Source of the DNA: Lepidodermella squamata
Taxonomy: Eukaryota > Animalia > Gastrotricha
Direction of reading: 5' to 3'
NCBI GenBank assembly: GCA_047495785.1
Contig: JBLDXI010000026.1
Span: forward strand, 1,302,001 to 1,366,000
Length of the DNA: 64,000 nucleotides
The position numbers and the translations under genes are program-made. Positions 1-10,352 of the stretch are shown one piece after another. The notes under the pieces were generated by a model that saw nothing but the letters and a program-made list of their open reading frames with translations, searched no databases and had not been told where the DNA came from. The stretch's first letter is position 1. Every line of letters begins with the position of its first letter.

Positions 1-170
1 CGCTTCCCCCGCTCGGAAAAAAAACCGTGCTAATAATTTATTCAATCAACCAAATCAATACAACGTCATCGTTGACTCCCGCTGAAATTGAGTTAGCAAT
101 TCTAGCAGACGGCGATCATCTTATATTTTGATATTTTTATTTCTCGATCTGTTGATAAATCTTACTCGCC

Positions 171-569
171 ATGAAACTGGTCGTTATCATAGTAATTTTC
201 GCAGCCGTAACTGTTAGTGTTCAGGCCTGGAAAGTGGCCATGGATATGAAATCAGCCGATGAGAAAATCAACGTACTTCTCAGCCAAATGCCTCCAGAAG
301 AAGCAGCAGGCGCGTTGAAGAAAGCTTGCGAGGCCTGTTTCCTGCCGGTGAGTCACTCACTACCTCTGACTCTCGCTGAAAAAATGCACCAATTTTCACG
401 TTTTTCTTTTAAGGATCAACCAAAATTAGCTGAAGTGTGTCAGAGGCAGAAACCGGCGGCTCAGATTAGAATTCTGCGCAGCAAATGCCGCAAAAACGCT
501 GGGCTAATTCGAGCGAAATTGCTGGAGAAAAATGTCTCCCAACCAACCACCACGTCATCGAATGCTTAA
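171..569 (+). CDS. Small secreted Cys-containing protein (~110 aa, exons 171-347 and 414-569), unknown family
   Basis: Signal-peptide-like N-terminus MKLVVIIVIFAAVTVSVQA; in-frame 66-nt intron GTGAGT...TTTTAAG; CxxCF...C-x15-C motif shared with the next gene. Confidence 0.7.
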   Translation: MKLVVIIVIFAAVTVSVQAWKVAMDMKSADEKINVLLSQMPPEEAAGALKKACEACFLPVSHSLPLTLAEKMHQFSRFSFKDQPKLAEVCQRQKPAAQIRILRSKCRKNAGLIRAKLLEKNVSQPTTTSSNA

Positions 570-1908
570 TTTTAGCTTTGCAAAACTTATTCTGCCTTTT
601 ATATGTAACTTTGTTTTTGTTTATATTGTTGTGAATTAATCTTTCGATTATGGCCGCAAATTTTGATTATAAGGCGGTGGTTTTCAGCGATGAAAAGTTG
701 TTTTTAATAAATAATACGGCTATATAGGTACGGATAATAGAACTTTGTCGCAGCTCTATTCTTCAATCTTTTCGCTAACCAACGCGCCTCAATAGCATTT
801 ATTGTTCTGTATGATTGAGTTATGAACAACAGACGTCCAAAACGCTATTAATATACAGGCGCGATATTTCAAAACTTGGGTATAAAAATGATTGAAATAA
901 GGGAACGTTTTTTGCGCTGATTTCATAACCAAGCGTGATAGGGTGACTTCGACATTCCGGGAAAAAAATCGTGCGAAAAATTCACGTGTCATTTTGCGGT
1001 GTTAATTATCCATTTCCATTAATAGGTATCTCAAAATTATTCCATGGAGCATGGCAATCAGAATTAAATGACACATGTCACGTTTTTTTTACCTGCAAAA
1101 TTGCTATATTGCTCTCATCGACCTTTCTATGGCGCCTGGATTCAAACGCTTTTAACGGTATTGAAAAGGAGGCACTACCTCTTTGCAGCGTAAAAAGATC
1201 GAACGAGTCTATTATCGTTGTTATAATACTATTCCGGTGCAAAGCGTCACTTGATAAGCCCTCGGATTTATCGGCGACACTTGGTTAAAAAAACGAACAT
1301 ATTGATTGCTATTCCGATTCATAAATTATTACCGAAAAAAAACGCGCCATTTCGGGATGAAACGTCTGTGCAATTAAGCCGGCTAGTCGCGCTTAGCAAT
1401 TATGTACGCCATAGAGGCGACTCACTGCCCACCTGATGACGTCCGCAATTTTACTGCTATCAAACGCAGGACGGTTTTTTGACCGTTTTGGAGCGCGCTC
1501 GCGATTTTTATCACCGCGCGCAGATCACTCGCGCAGATATAGCATTTTTTTCTTGCGCGATGTCTACTGGCGTAATAATATTTGTTGTCAACAAGCGCCA
1601 TCGCTGTGATTTGTCGTATAAATTATCAGGTGACACTAGTCACTAGACATTGTTTTTGTTTTGCTCCAGTTTTCTTCGTGGACAATCAGCCGATGTAAGA
1701 AATCGTTGCGAATCTTGTTTACAACCGTCTCGTACGAAAAGCTCGTTAATTACTTTCCAGGCTTCTTTCGCGTCCTACACTTTAGCATGATTGGCTTCTC
1801 AGGTTTAAGGTCTCCCTCGAGTAATTATCCTGCACTCAATTTGTCTAATTCAGTGTTCAGTTCAAAATTCTACTGCTATATTATTTTTAGACTTAAAACG
1901 TATTGAAA

Positions 1909-2594
1909 ATGTTTGCAGTTACCATAATCTTCTTCGCTCTGGCCCTTGTTTCCCAAATCTCAGCCTCAAGCGCACCGTGTAAACACCAACCGGGTAAAGC
2001 TGAAGCAGCAATGGTAGCTTTAATGTCCAGCAATTCGTCGGAGAAGTTGGACAAAATTATCGATAAAAATTGCGTGGAAGTCGATCGCCCGAGTATGGTA
2101 AGATCCGGAGCTTCAAAAGCATCCTGGTGGTCACGGTTGACTGGGCTAGATCAAGACAACAACAAATTCAGCCAGGACTTGGCTCAAATTCAGCGAGAAA
2201 TGAGCATCGTCCTCAAGTTCGTTTCGCGCAAAACTCTGGAAAAGTCATCCTATCTCGGCTGCGTTGTTTGCTTTTTTGAGGTTAATTTGTTCAAGTTTTG
2301 CCCGTTCAGCTTGTTAATTTTCATCATTTCTTTCAGTCGGTTTCTGATCAAACTGAGGCTCAAACTTGTATAAAAATGGATACAGTCGAGCGTATCCAAA
2401 TGGTGCGAAAGCAATGCGCGCCTAAAAAGCAGGAATTATTCCGCCGAACTATGGTCGCAGTTTTGCACACTATGGAACGCGATAGGCCGCTCACACAGTT
2501 CGACCCGGCTGCGGTTGCCGCGCTGACGAAATCGCTGACGAGCCGGAAGTCTTCGCACCGGCGCGCGGACAAAGACAAAGTGCAGGCAGATTAG
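1909..2594 (+). CDS. Secreted Cys-containing protein (~209 aa, exons 1909-2280 and 2337-2594), probable paralog of 171-569
   Basis: Signal peptide MFAVTIIFFALALVSQISA; phase-0 GT-AG intron 2281-2336 joins two ORFs; GCVVCFFE|...C-x15-C. Confidence 0.7.
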
Positions 2595-3059
2595 AGCAAC
2601 TTTTAGACACGTGTGATAATTTTAGAGCCGTGTTCAATCGTCATCGATGTATGGTGGATTAGCTGTCATATTCAAATGATTGACGTAGGTGATGAACCTG
2701 CCGGCAGATGATATCACAGCAAATAATCTTGCGATCGCGTCGTCTATAGTCAGCACCCTAGATTTCGGTGTGCGTTTATCACAATTATTTATACTCGGAA
2801 TGCTATGCTGAATAGAAAATCAGAATAAAAAGCAATGTAATTTTAATCGAAGAAGTTCGCAATTTGGCACCTTTTCTGTCTCTGTATGTCTGAGGTTTTT
2901 TTTACACATAGCGAGCACAGGTTATTTTCATTTCAAATAATGCCCTGAGGGAAGACTTTCTATCTCTAGGACAGTTTCGCGTGGGTATCGTCCTGAAAAT
3001 CTTAACCAGAATTTGTTCTAGACAAACCCAAATTAAATTTATTTTTTTAATCAAATTAA

Positions 3060-4742
3060 TCACTGCACTTTATGGTTTTCTTTAACAAGGTTCTTTGTAC
3101 CGGACAGCATCCCACGGACCGTTTCCACTAAGGACACAACAACGGATACTTTGTAAAAAATCGCCCCGTAGTTGGCTAATTTATCGGGTAATTGATAGGC
3201 TTCAGCGTAGATGGGCGTGAAAATAACCACGAAAAACAACACGCGTAGTGTCTCAAGGCCACTGCTCCAGCGTCTCCGATCATAGATGAATCCTAATGAG
3301 CACAAAGTGGTCAAAATAGCAAATGCGGTAATAACAGCCCGCCTCTCGCCGTAGTTCCGCTCATCAATCGGCGTCGCATCCACTGCTATGGCGAAAATTG
3401 CTGTTATAGCTAAGAAATGGGCCATTGTATACACCGACAGCCATTTAGGCATTGGCGTCCCATAGCGGATGATTTTCGATTTATCAACAGGTGGTAGATC
3501 CTTCGGGTCGCCCATTCGTAAATTTGGCTTGCTCGGAAACCAGCCCGGGCCGTAAAATAAGGCTTTGAAAAAATTGATCACACGCGTTCGACCCTCGAAT
3601 TTTTTAGACTTCCAAACCAGGCGAAGTTTGCGGTAAATATCCTTGAAGTGGCTGAACTGGACAAAGAGGGCGTCGAAAGAATTAATATTGTGTATTAGAC
3701 CGAAAGCAACTGGTTCTTCATCCCTCTCCTCAGCGAAAGTTCCTAAAAAATAATTATAAGAACGAAAAATGTTCACTCTTTCGAGATTATACCGAACATT
3801 CGGTCCCAAATTATAAAGAGACCGGCGTAATTTTTGTCGACCGCGTAAGGATTGCGACCATGGTGGACCCGATGATGACTTGCAGTGTTAAAAATCCATT
3901 CAAACGGCCCTAATTTTCCGATTATCTATGGAGAAAAATTTCCAAAATATTTGGAATAAATGGGTGAAAATGCATACCTCGGTATGTAGCCAAAACTGGT
4001 ACAAAAAGTTGAGCTGGAAATGCATGATAGCCATCGGGGGAGGAATAGCCAATGCCATTGGTTGGTAGAAAATCTAATCATAAATTTCAATTTTTGGCAA
4101 TTTTTAAAGCATGGAATCTTACGAAAGATGCGTATTTTTGTATTATCGCTTGTCGCAGAGCCGTTGAGACGTTGTAGTACTCAGAGTTATGATGCGTTTG
4201 ATGGAAGGCCCATAGAATATTCACCTCTATTCAAGGTAAGATGCATCAAAACAAAGCGTAAAATATTGAAGTGTGGCTTTACCATGGGCAGCTCTATGAA
4301 ACCAGTAGTAACAGAAATCAACTGCAAATAAAGCTAGAATCCAAGTTAGAATCGAATCGGTCGGAAGAGTGTACAATCGGTAATTGTTGTAAATCCAAAT
4401 GTAAACAGCCATTTCGATCGATCGACCAAATAAACTTTAGTAATATAAATTTCGAAATAATTTTTCAAATCTTGGTAACTCTGCTTACTCTGGTAGCCGA
4501 GAAAGCAATCCTGCCCCAGCTGATGTGAGAATATCGCCCATCGAATAAATGTCAATGCCCTTCCAGGCTCCAACCAGAATCTCTATCGCCAAAAAACCCA
4601 AGAAGTAGGGAATCGCTGGAACAACTAATCCGGGCACATCATCGACTCGATAAAACGTCGTTTCTTGTGGTGTCACCGCATAAAACATGGACCGCAAAAT
4701 GAAGGTATCGTTCCATAGCGAAGAATTTGGGGGAAATTCCAT
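3060..4742 (-). CDS. AGMO: Alkylglycerol monooxygenase (multi-exon)
   Basis: LRSMFYAVTPQETTF, DFCYYWFHRAAH, further His boxes (HRVHHGRN), GTFAEE, YGPGWFP; short GT-AG introns. Confidence 0.93.
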
Positions 4743-5135
4743 TGTTAAAAAATCCTAATTTGAACTTGCTGCTTGCAAATGATGCTTCAAACTGCTAATG
4801 GTGGAGAAATATCATCGGCATCGAGCTATGATAAGAAAACTTGATAAGAGGCACGTGTTCAGCTTGTGCGTCATGAGTCATAAGCGTCATGAGAAAAAAG
4901 TAAAATGGATGGTCGCGTGTGGTCCTAAAATGCTAACTTCCATTCAAATGTTCAATTATTGGCGAAATTTGCTGTTTTATTCCGGCAGATGATCAAACAA
5001 AGAAGACACGCGTATTTATGATAGAATTTTTTATTTTAGCTTTCTTTCTCTTTCGAACATCACTCTTTTCCTCATCGCAAACGCGGCGAATCAGCAGCAC
5101 TAATAGACTTTGGAAAAATGTCCTCAGCACCAGAT

Positions 5136-6316
5136 TTACTCGGCACCTTCGACGAGCTTCTTCATGAAGTGCCTCTTGCGCTGGACGATGCGGTTCTTGC
5201 GGCCCGCCAGAGACAACCGCGGCTTCTTGAACGACTTCATCTTCTTGCGCGCCTCGGCGGACGGCTTCTGCGCCTTCTTCGGCACGAACTCGGGGTTGGC
5301 GCGGATCGCCTTGTGCGCCTTCTCGTACATAGACTCGACCATATCACCAGAAATGCCGTGCTTGACGTACTGCGAGAACAGCTTCCTAAAAACCACACAA
5401 AATATGCATTAATTAAAATTGCGCATAAAAAAGATATTTTAAGGAGGATTTTCCAATTTTAAAGTCGAACTAACTTGTATTGATCGGGATCTTCACCCTG
5501 GAGGGTCTTCATGTAGGAAGCGATGTGCTTGCCGAAGATGCGATCGCGGTGGGCCTTAGCGTCGTAGTTCTTCTTCTCCTTCTTGAAGCCGAAGAAGCGC
5601 TTGGTCGAGTGGGGAATGTCAAGACCGCCGTCGAGGGCGCCCTTCAGCACGCCGAAGATGCGCGAGCCGGTGGTGGTGCGGCGCAGACCGAGGTCGAGGA
5701 AGCAGCGGAACGGACCCGCTCCGTCATCGACGCCCTCAACCTGGTAGTCGTCACCGGTCACCTTCTCGACGCCCTTGTACACGCCGTCGAGCTTGAGCTT
5801 CTTGAGCACACGGCGGGCCAACAGAAGGCCGGTCGCGTACGCCGCCGAGTAGTTGGTCAGACCAACAGTGATGCCGTAGCGGCGCAGCTCGTGCGCATAG
5901 GCAGCCGCCATGACGATATCACCTTCGATGCGGGCATAAATGATCTGAAAGATAATCAAAATTTGAACAAAAGGAACAAAAAACGCCAAAATGATTTCGA
6001 AAATGAGCAAGATTTTTGATATTTTAATCATGGAAAATATTTGAAATTTGAAGGAGGATTTTTACATCAAAAGGGAGACTAATAAAGCCAAATCTAAAAC
6101 TCCAATTATTCAATGCAGCAAAATTACCTGAGCAGTGATGTTCTTGTTGCTGAAGCGGACAACAATACGGTACTTGGGCGTATTAAATTTGTTTTTGTCC
6201 TGGGTGATGAGACGCTTGCGGGCGTAGTAGTCGGTGCGGCCCTCCCGACGCCTGCGGAACTTGGGCTGGTAGCGCTTGAAGTACGCGCGGTTCTTGACAA
6301 CCTTAAGGAAACCCAT
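5136..6316 (-). CDS. RPL5: 60S ribosomal protein L5 (uL18), 3 coding exons
   Basis: [75 protein letters not shown]. Confidence 0.98.
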
Positions 6317-6599
6317 TTTCCCAATTAATGCTATAAAAGCACCTAAAATAATCAAATAAATAAACAGTCAATTAAGAACTAAATTTTATAATCAATCAGC
6401 AAACAAAAAATGCAGCTGAACATCACAGCAGAGAGATTATTCAGAACCGAATGAATATTATATTGCACGATTCAAGGCAGCAGAAAACAAAGCACTGAAC
6501 GTTTTGTTCGAATCATTCAATAATGCTCGAAGTCTAAAGCGAACAAACAGTAAAATCAAACAATAAATTATCACGTCAATTCGAAGATTCATTCCGTTT

Positions 6600-7766
6600 T
6601 CACAGCTCCTCGTGGCGCAGAGCGTGCTTATCGCCCATACCAAAGTATTGCGACCACTTGTGGTGCTGGAATCGATGGCGGTAGACAAAGGCAGAGAAAG
6701 AAGAGATGCAGTTTCCAATGAAAAAATCAGCCTCGGTCAGTAGAGCAACGTCCAATATCACATCTTGGTTATCGGGAATTTTGACTATCGGAATATCAGC
6801 CCGGTCGATCTTCCGCATCTTGTCGCGAATGGCCTGCTTCAAATCGTCGTTATCAGTTGCGATGAAAATCGTTTTGATGTCGTGCTTTTTCACGGCTTTC
6901 GCAATTTGATTGGTGATCTTCTCGGTCGGCGGGAAGCATAAATCATATTTCAGCGGGCCGTTTTCGAAGTTGGAGCCAAGGCACTGTGGACTATCCATCA
7001 TATGCTGCTTCTTACCCTCGATGTTTTTCACGTGGTCACAGGCACCCTTCCAATCCACACCGTTGCGCAGATGAATTCCAATGTAAGGCCGTTGAATGTT
7101 TTGGGTGATGAAGGCCTCCATTTTGTAAGTCACGAAATCTGAGAATTGATAGGCGTGCTTTTGAAGAGGCCAAGCTTGGGGCTGGGGCGGGTAGGGTGAC
7201 GGGGCGCCGGTGAAGGCTAAAACCGGGTACTTATCAGCAGGATAACGACGCTTCCATTCAGCAGCTGAAGACGGAATTTCAGCAGTGTAGTACAGCGGCT
7301 TGAAAAACTCGGATGAATCGAACTCGATTTTGAAGGTATCCCAGAAAGAGTCAAATGGGTTTCCAGCTCGAGCATTGCAGTCGTTTTGCTTCGGCCCATG
7401 AGTATTTGCATCGTAGCAAAATGAGATTCGTTTACCCTTTGGCCAAACCGTCGGTGCAAACTTCGACATGAATTCTTGCATGAGAATCGAACGGTGGAAT
7501 TTGGCAATATGCTCCACCTTGAAATAACGATCGAAAGGCACTTGAACAGACCGAACGGAGCCAGGTGGGTATTCGACCCAGTGAGGCAAGATCAGGGTTC
7601 TATCGAGAGATTTCGCGAAGAGTAATGAGCCAAGAAATTGATCGGCTTGGTTTCCAAAACGACCCATACAAGGACAAAACATCACATAGCCGTTAGGGTC
7701 AGCTTCGTTTTGAGCATTGGCAAGAATCATCGACCCAAACAGCGCGATCACAGATAAGAAATTCAT
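6600..7766 (-). CDS. POFUT1: GDP-fucose protein O-fucosyltransferase 1, intronless CDS
   Basis: DPNGYVMFCPCMGRFGNQADQFLG, IHLRNGVDW, FIGNCISSFSAFV, C-terminal HEEL ER-retention signal; ATG at 7766 follows an acceptor. Confidence 0.97.
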   Translation of the reverse strand: MNFLSVIALFGSMILANAQNEADPNGYVMFCPCMGRFGNQADQFLGSLLFAKSLDRTLILPHWVEYPPGSVRSVQVPFDRYFKVEHIAKFHRSILMQEFMSKFAPTVWPKGKRISFCYDANTHGPKQNDCNARAGNPFDSFWDTFKIEFDSSEFFKPLYYTAEIPSSAAEWKRRYPADKYPVLAFTGAPSPYPPQPQAWPLQKHAYQFSDFVTYKMEAFITQNIQRPYIGIHLRNGVDWKGACDHVKNIEGKKQHMMDSPQCLGSNFENGPLKYDLCFPPTEKITNQIAKAVKKHDIKTIFIATDNDDLKQAIRDKMRKIDRADIPIVKIPDNQDVILDVALLTEADFFIGNCISSFSAFVYRHRFQHHKWSQYFGMGDKHALRHEEL

Positions 7767-7917
7767 TCTATTAAGGCGTCCTAAAATAAAATCGAAAATA
7801 AATAACAACCCGTAAGAAAGAAAGACTTTTGGTGCGATGCGTGCATATTTTTCTCAAATTATCACTCTCTTCTCCAAGACAATAAAGCACACTCTGAAGA
7901 ACATTATAAAGGAAGCT

Positions 7918-8488
7918 TTACTTAGCACCCTTCTTCGACACACCGACAGTGCGACCACGGCGACCAGTAGTCTTGGTGTGTTGACCACGGACACGCAGAC
8001 TAAAAATATTGACATAAGAAAATAAGAGGTGATGAATTCAAAAAATTACCCCCAGTAGTGGCGGAGACCCCTGTGGGCACGGATCTTCTTGAGACGCTCC
8101 AAATCTTCACGCAGCTTGGTATCTACGTTGTTGGAGACGATTTGAGAGTACTTGCCGTCGCGGATATCCTTTTGCCTGTTAAGCATCCACTTGGGGATCT
8201 TGAATTCGAGGGGGTTGTTCATGATCTCAGCGATCCGGTCAACTTCGGATTCGGAGAGCTCACCAGCGCGCTTGTTAACATCGATATCAGCCTTGCGGCA
8301 AATAATGAAGGCGAAGCGGCGACCGATACCCTAACAAAGCAACCAATTCATCAAGAAATTCGTGAAGATGGCCAAGATTATACCTTGACGGAGGTCAGAG
8401 CGTAGGGGACTTTGCGTTGACCATCGATGTTGGTGTTCATGAAACGCAACATGTGCTGAAACTTCTCAGGGAACAGAAGGGACCCCAT
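7918..8488 (-). CDS. RPS18: 40S ribosomal protein S18 (uS13), 3 coding exons
   Basis: Manual translation gives [36 protein letters not shown]...[11 protein letters not shown]...[21 protein letters not shown]. Confidence 0.96.
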
Positions 8489-8766
8489 CCTAATGCTTTT
8501 TTCAGCTAAAGTCTAAAAATAACAACAAACGAATGAAACATTGACATTGAGACACATTCTTAACCATTGGCAAATAATAATATTATTTCACAAGAATAAC
8601 GCATGCACCTTGAACCACTGAAACATATAATGATCGACGCCAGGAATGAAAGTTCATAGACACAGCCACGAAGATTATATTTTGACCAATAATAATAATA
8701 TAATAGTACGAATAAGCAGATGACAGGATTCCATCAAGTTTTCACAGTCGTAAAATTCGAAATTAG

Positions 8767-9464
8767 TCACTTATCCTTCTTGCCACCGCCTTGGAGATCG
8801 GCAATTACTTCAGCTTTAGCTGAGTTGAAAAGATCCAAGATCTTTCGTTTGAATTCTGATTCAACCAAAACAACACCGTTAACGTCAACGAATTCAGTGA
8901 CGCTGGTAATAATAGACTTGGTCACTGATGCGTTCCTGTATGCAGTGAAAATGTTAGCGCAGGCAACAATTGATTATAACGGTTTTACCTTTCCGAGCGC
9001 TTATTGGCATGCTCTGGGGTGGCAGTAATTTGCAATGTCAAAGTATACTCGTCATCGTAACGCTTGAGATTAGAAAACACATTGATATCGAGAAGAATAG
9101 CGAGCGAGCCCTCAATCTTGATTGTCAGATCACGAGCATAGCCAACGAAGAAAATACCTCGCTCCACAAACTGAACATACAACGTAGCAATGACTGTGAT
9201 GATGAAATAGCTAACAGCGCATTTAGCTAGGACCCCGGAACTGGCAGGGAATGGATAAAGCCAATCCCATAGTAAGGCAAACAGCGCTACCACAACTGCC
9301 AATGTACAGAGAGCGAGGCGGATGTCACACAAGTAAAACTTTTCATTGAAATCCAGATCTTCAGCAAAAATCTTCCGGGCACCATCATCAAGAGCATTTT
9401 TGACAGCACATCCGTCCCACTTGTCAACCTTGATAGGCTTCTTTGACATGTCCTCTTTCGACAT
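8767..9464 (-). CDS. SPCS2: Signal peptidase complex subunit 2 (SPC25), 2 exons
   Basis: KVDKWDGCAVKNALDD, two TM segments (ALLWDWLYPFP, CAVSYF), LKRYDDEYTL; exon 2 has SVTEFVDVNG. Confidence 0.93.
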
Positions 9465-9624
9465 TTACTTTAGAGTTAGTTTTAAACACCTACAATTAAA
9501 ATGGCATTAGTTAGAACATATCAGGAACACAACTCCATCTTTTTGAGGTCAGAATGTTTGAGCAAGAATTGATGCAAAGTACCGATTTCACAAAAGTTAC
9601 CACAGGTTGCCCTTATTTACCAGG

Positions 9625-9795
9625 TCACTGAGCATTCGGAAGCTCGGGGTCAGTCAGTAGGTTCTGGGAGCTTCGCGCTTTGAGACTTCGCAAGCTTGAT
9701 GATCCTCCACCCCACGTTAGCGCTCTCCCAACGTAAGCGATCGACGCTGAAACCCCGGCAAAAACACCCAACTTCGCTAAAACACGCGGCTTCAT
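9625..9795 (-). CDS. Putative 56-aa microprotein (too short for the ORF track)
   Basis: ATG...TGA ORF MKPRVLAKLGVFAGVSASIAYVGRALTWGGG...DPELPNAQ; GC-richer than its flanks; acceptor AAATTAG ends 3 nt before the ATG, as in neighbouring genes. Confidence 0.5.
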   Translation of the reverse strand: MKPRVLAKLGVFAGVSASIAYVGRALTWGGGSSSLRSLKARSSQNLLTDPELPNAQ

Positions 9796-9978
9796 TTTCT
9801 AATTTACATAAGTTTAATACCAATACTAAACATTTATTTAATGATTAATTATACATTTAAGGGTAATAAGTGTTGAGATCTGAAAACTGGCGCTATTTAT
9901 GTTTTTCGAAGGCGATGACGCGCAAAAGAAATCTTCTCGCCAAATAACCGGCAACCTTTAGGCTTTAGGCACGGCGGA

Positions 9979-9994
9979 TGACGTGGTGACGTGA
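9979..9994 (+). promoter_or_regulatory. Tandem UPRE/CRE-like elements TGACGTGG-TGACGTGA in a divergent promoter
   Basis: Two adjacent matches to the XBP1/ATF6 UPRE consensus TGACGTG(G/A), between the SPCS2 cluster and COPA. Confidence 0.5.
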
Positions 9995-10352
9995 TGTGAT
10001 GCGAGTTGCGCATTGTGAAGGGAAATGTGCATTTCAAGTCAGAATTGACCAGTAAGCAGCTCGCTTCAGGGACATTATTTTCCGGGATGCAATAGATGTG
10101 AAAATCGGCGACTTCACCCTCATCGCTACATCAGAAAACAGCTTCAATCGTTCTCAAAACTCAAGTTCAGTTCTCAGTTGATAGGTGGAACTTTCTAATT
10201 CTTTTCCTGTCCTCGTTGCTGATTGATGAAACCACATTTTGGAAAAGCGTTTTATGGCTGCAATTTTTAGTTTTCAATCATTTTGGCATTGTATCCACTA
10301 ATCACATTTGATTTTTTTTCTTAAATGCTTATAGAGTTTAATTCGTCTAAGG

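Noticed and set aside
5118-6019. Long plus-strand ORFs over RPL5 (likewise 8058-8405 over RPS18)
   Set aside because: Antisense shadows caused by biased codon usage
9540-9790. Possible ncRNA (SRP, 7SK or RNase P-like short matches)
   Set aside because: Only short, inconsistent matches on different strands; a clean ORF with its own acceptor explains the region better
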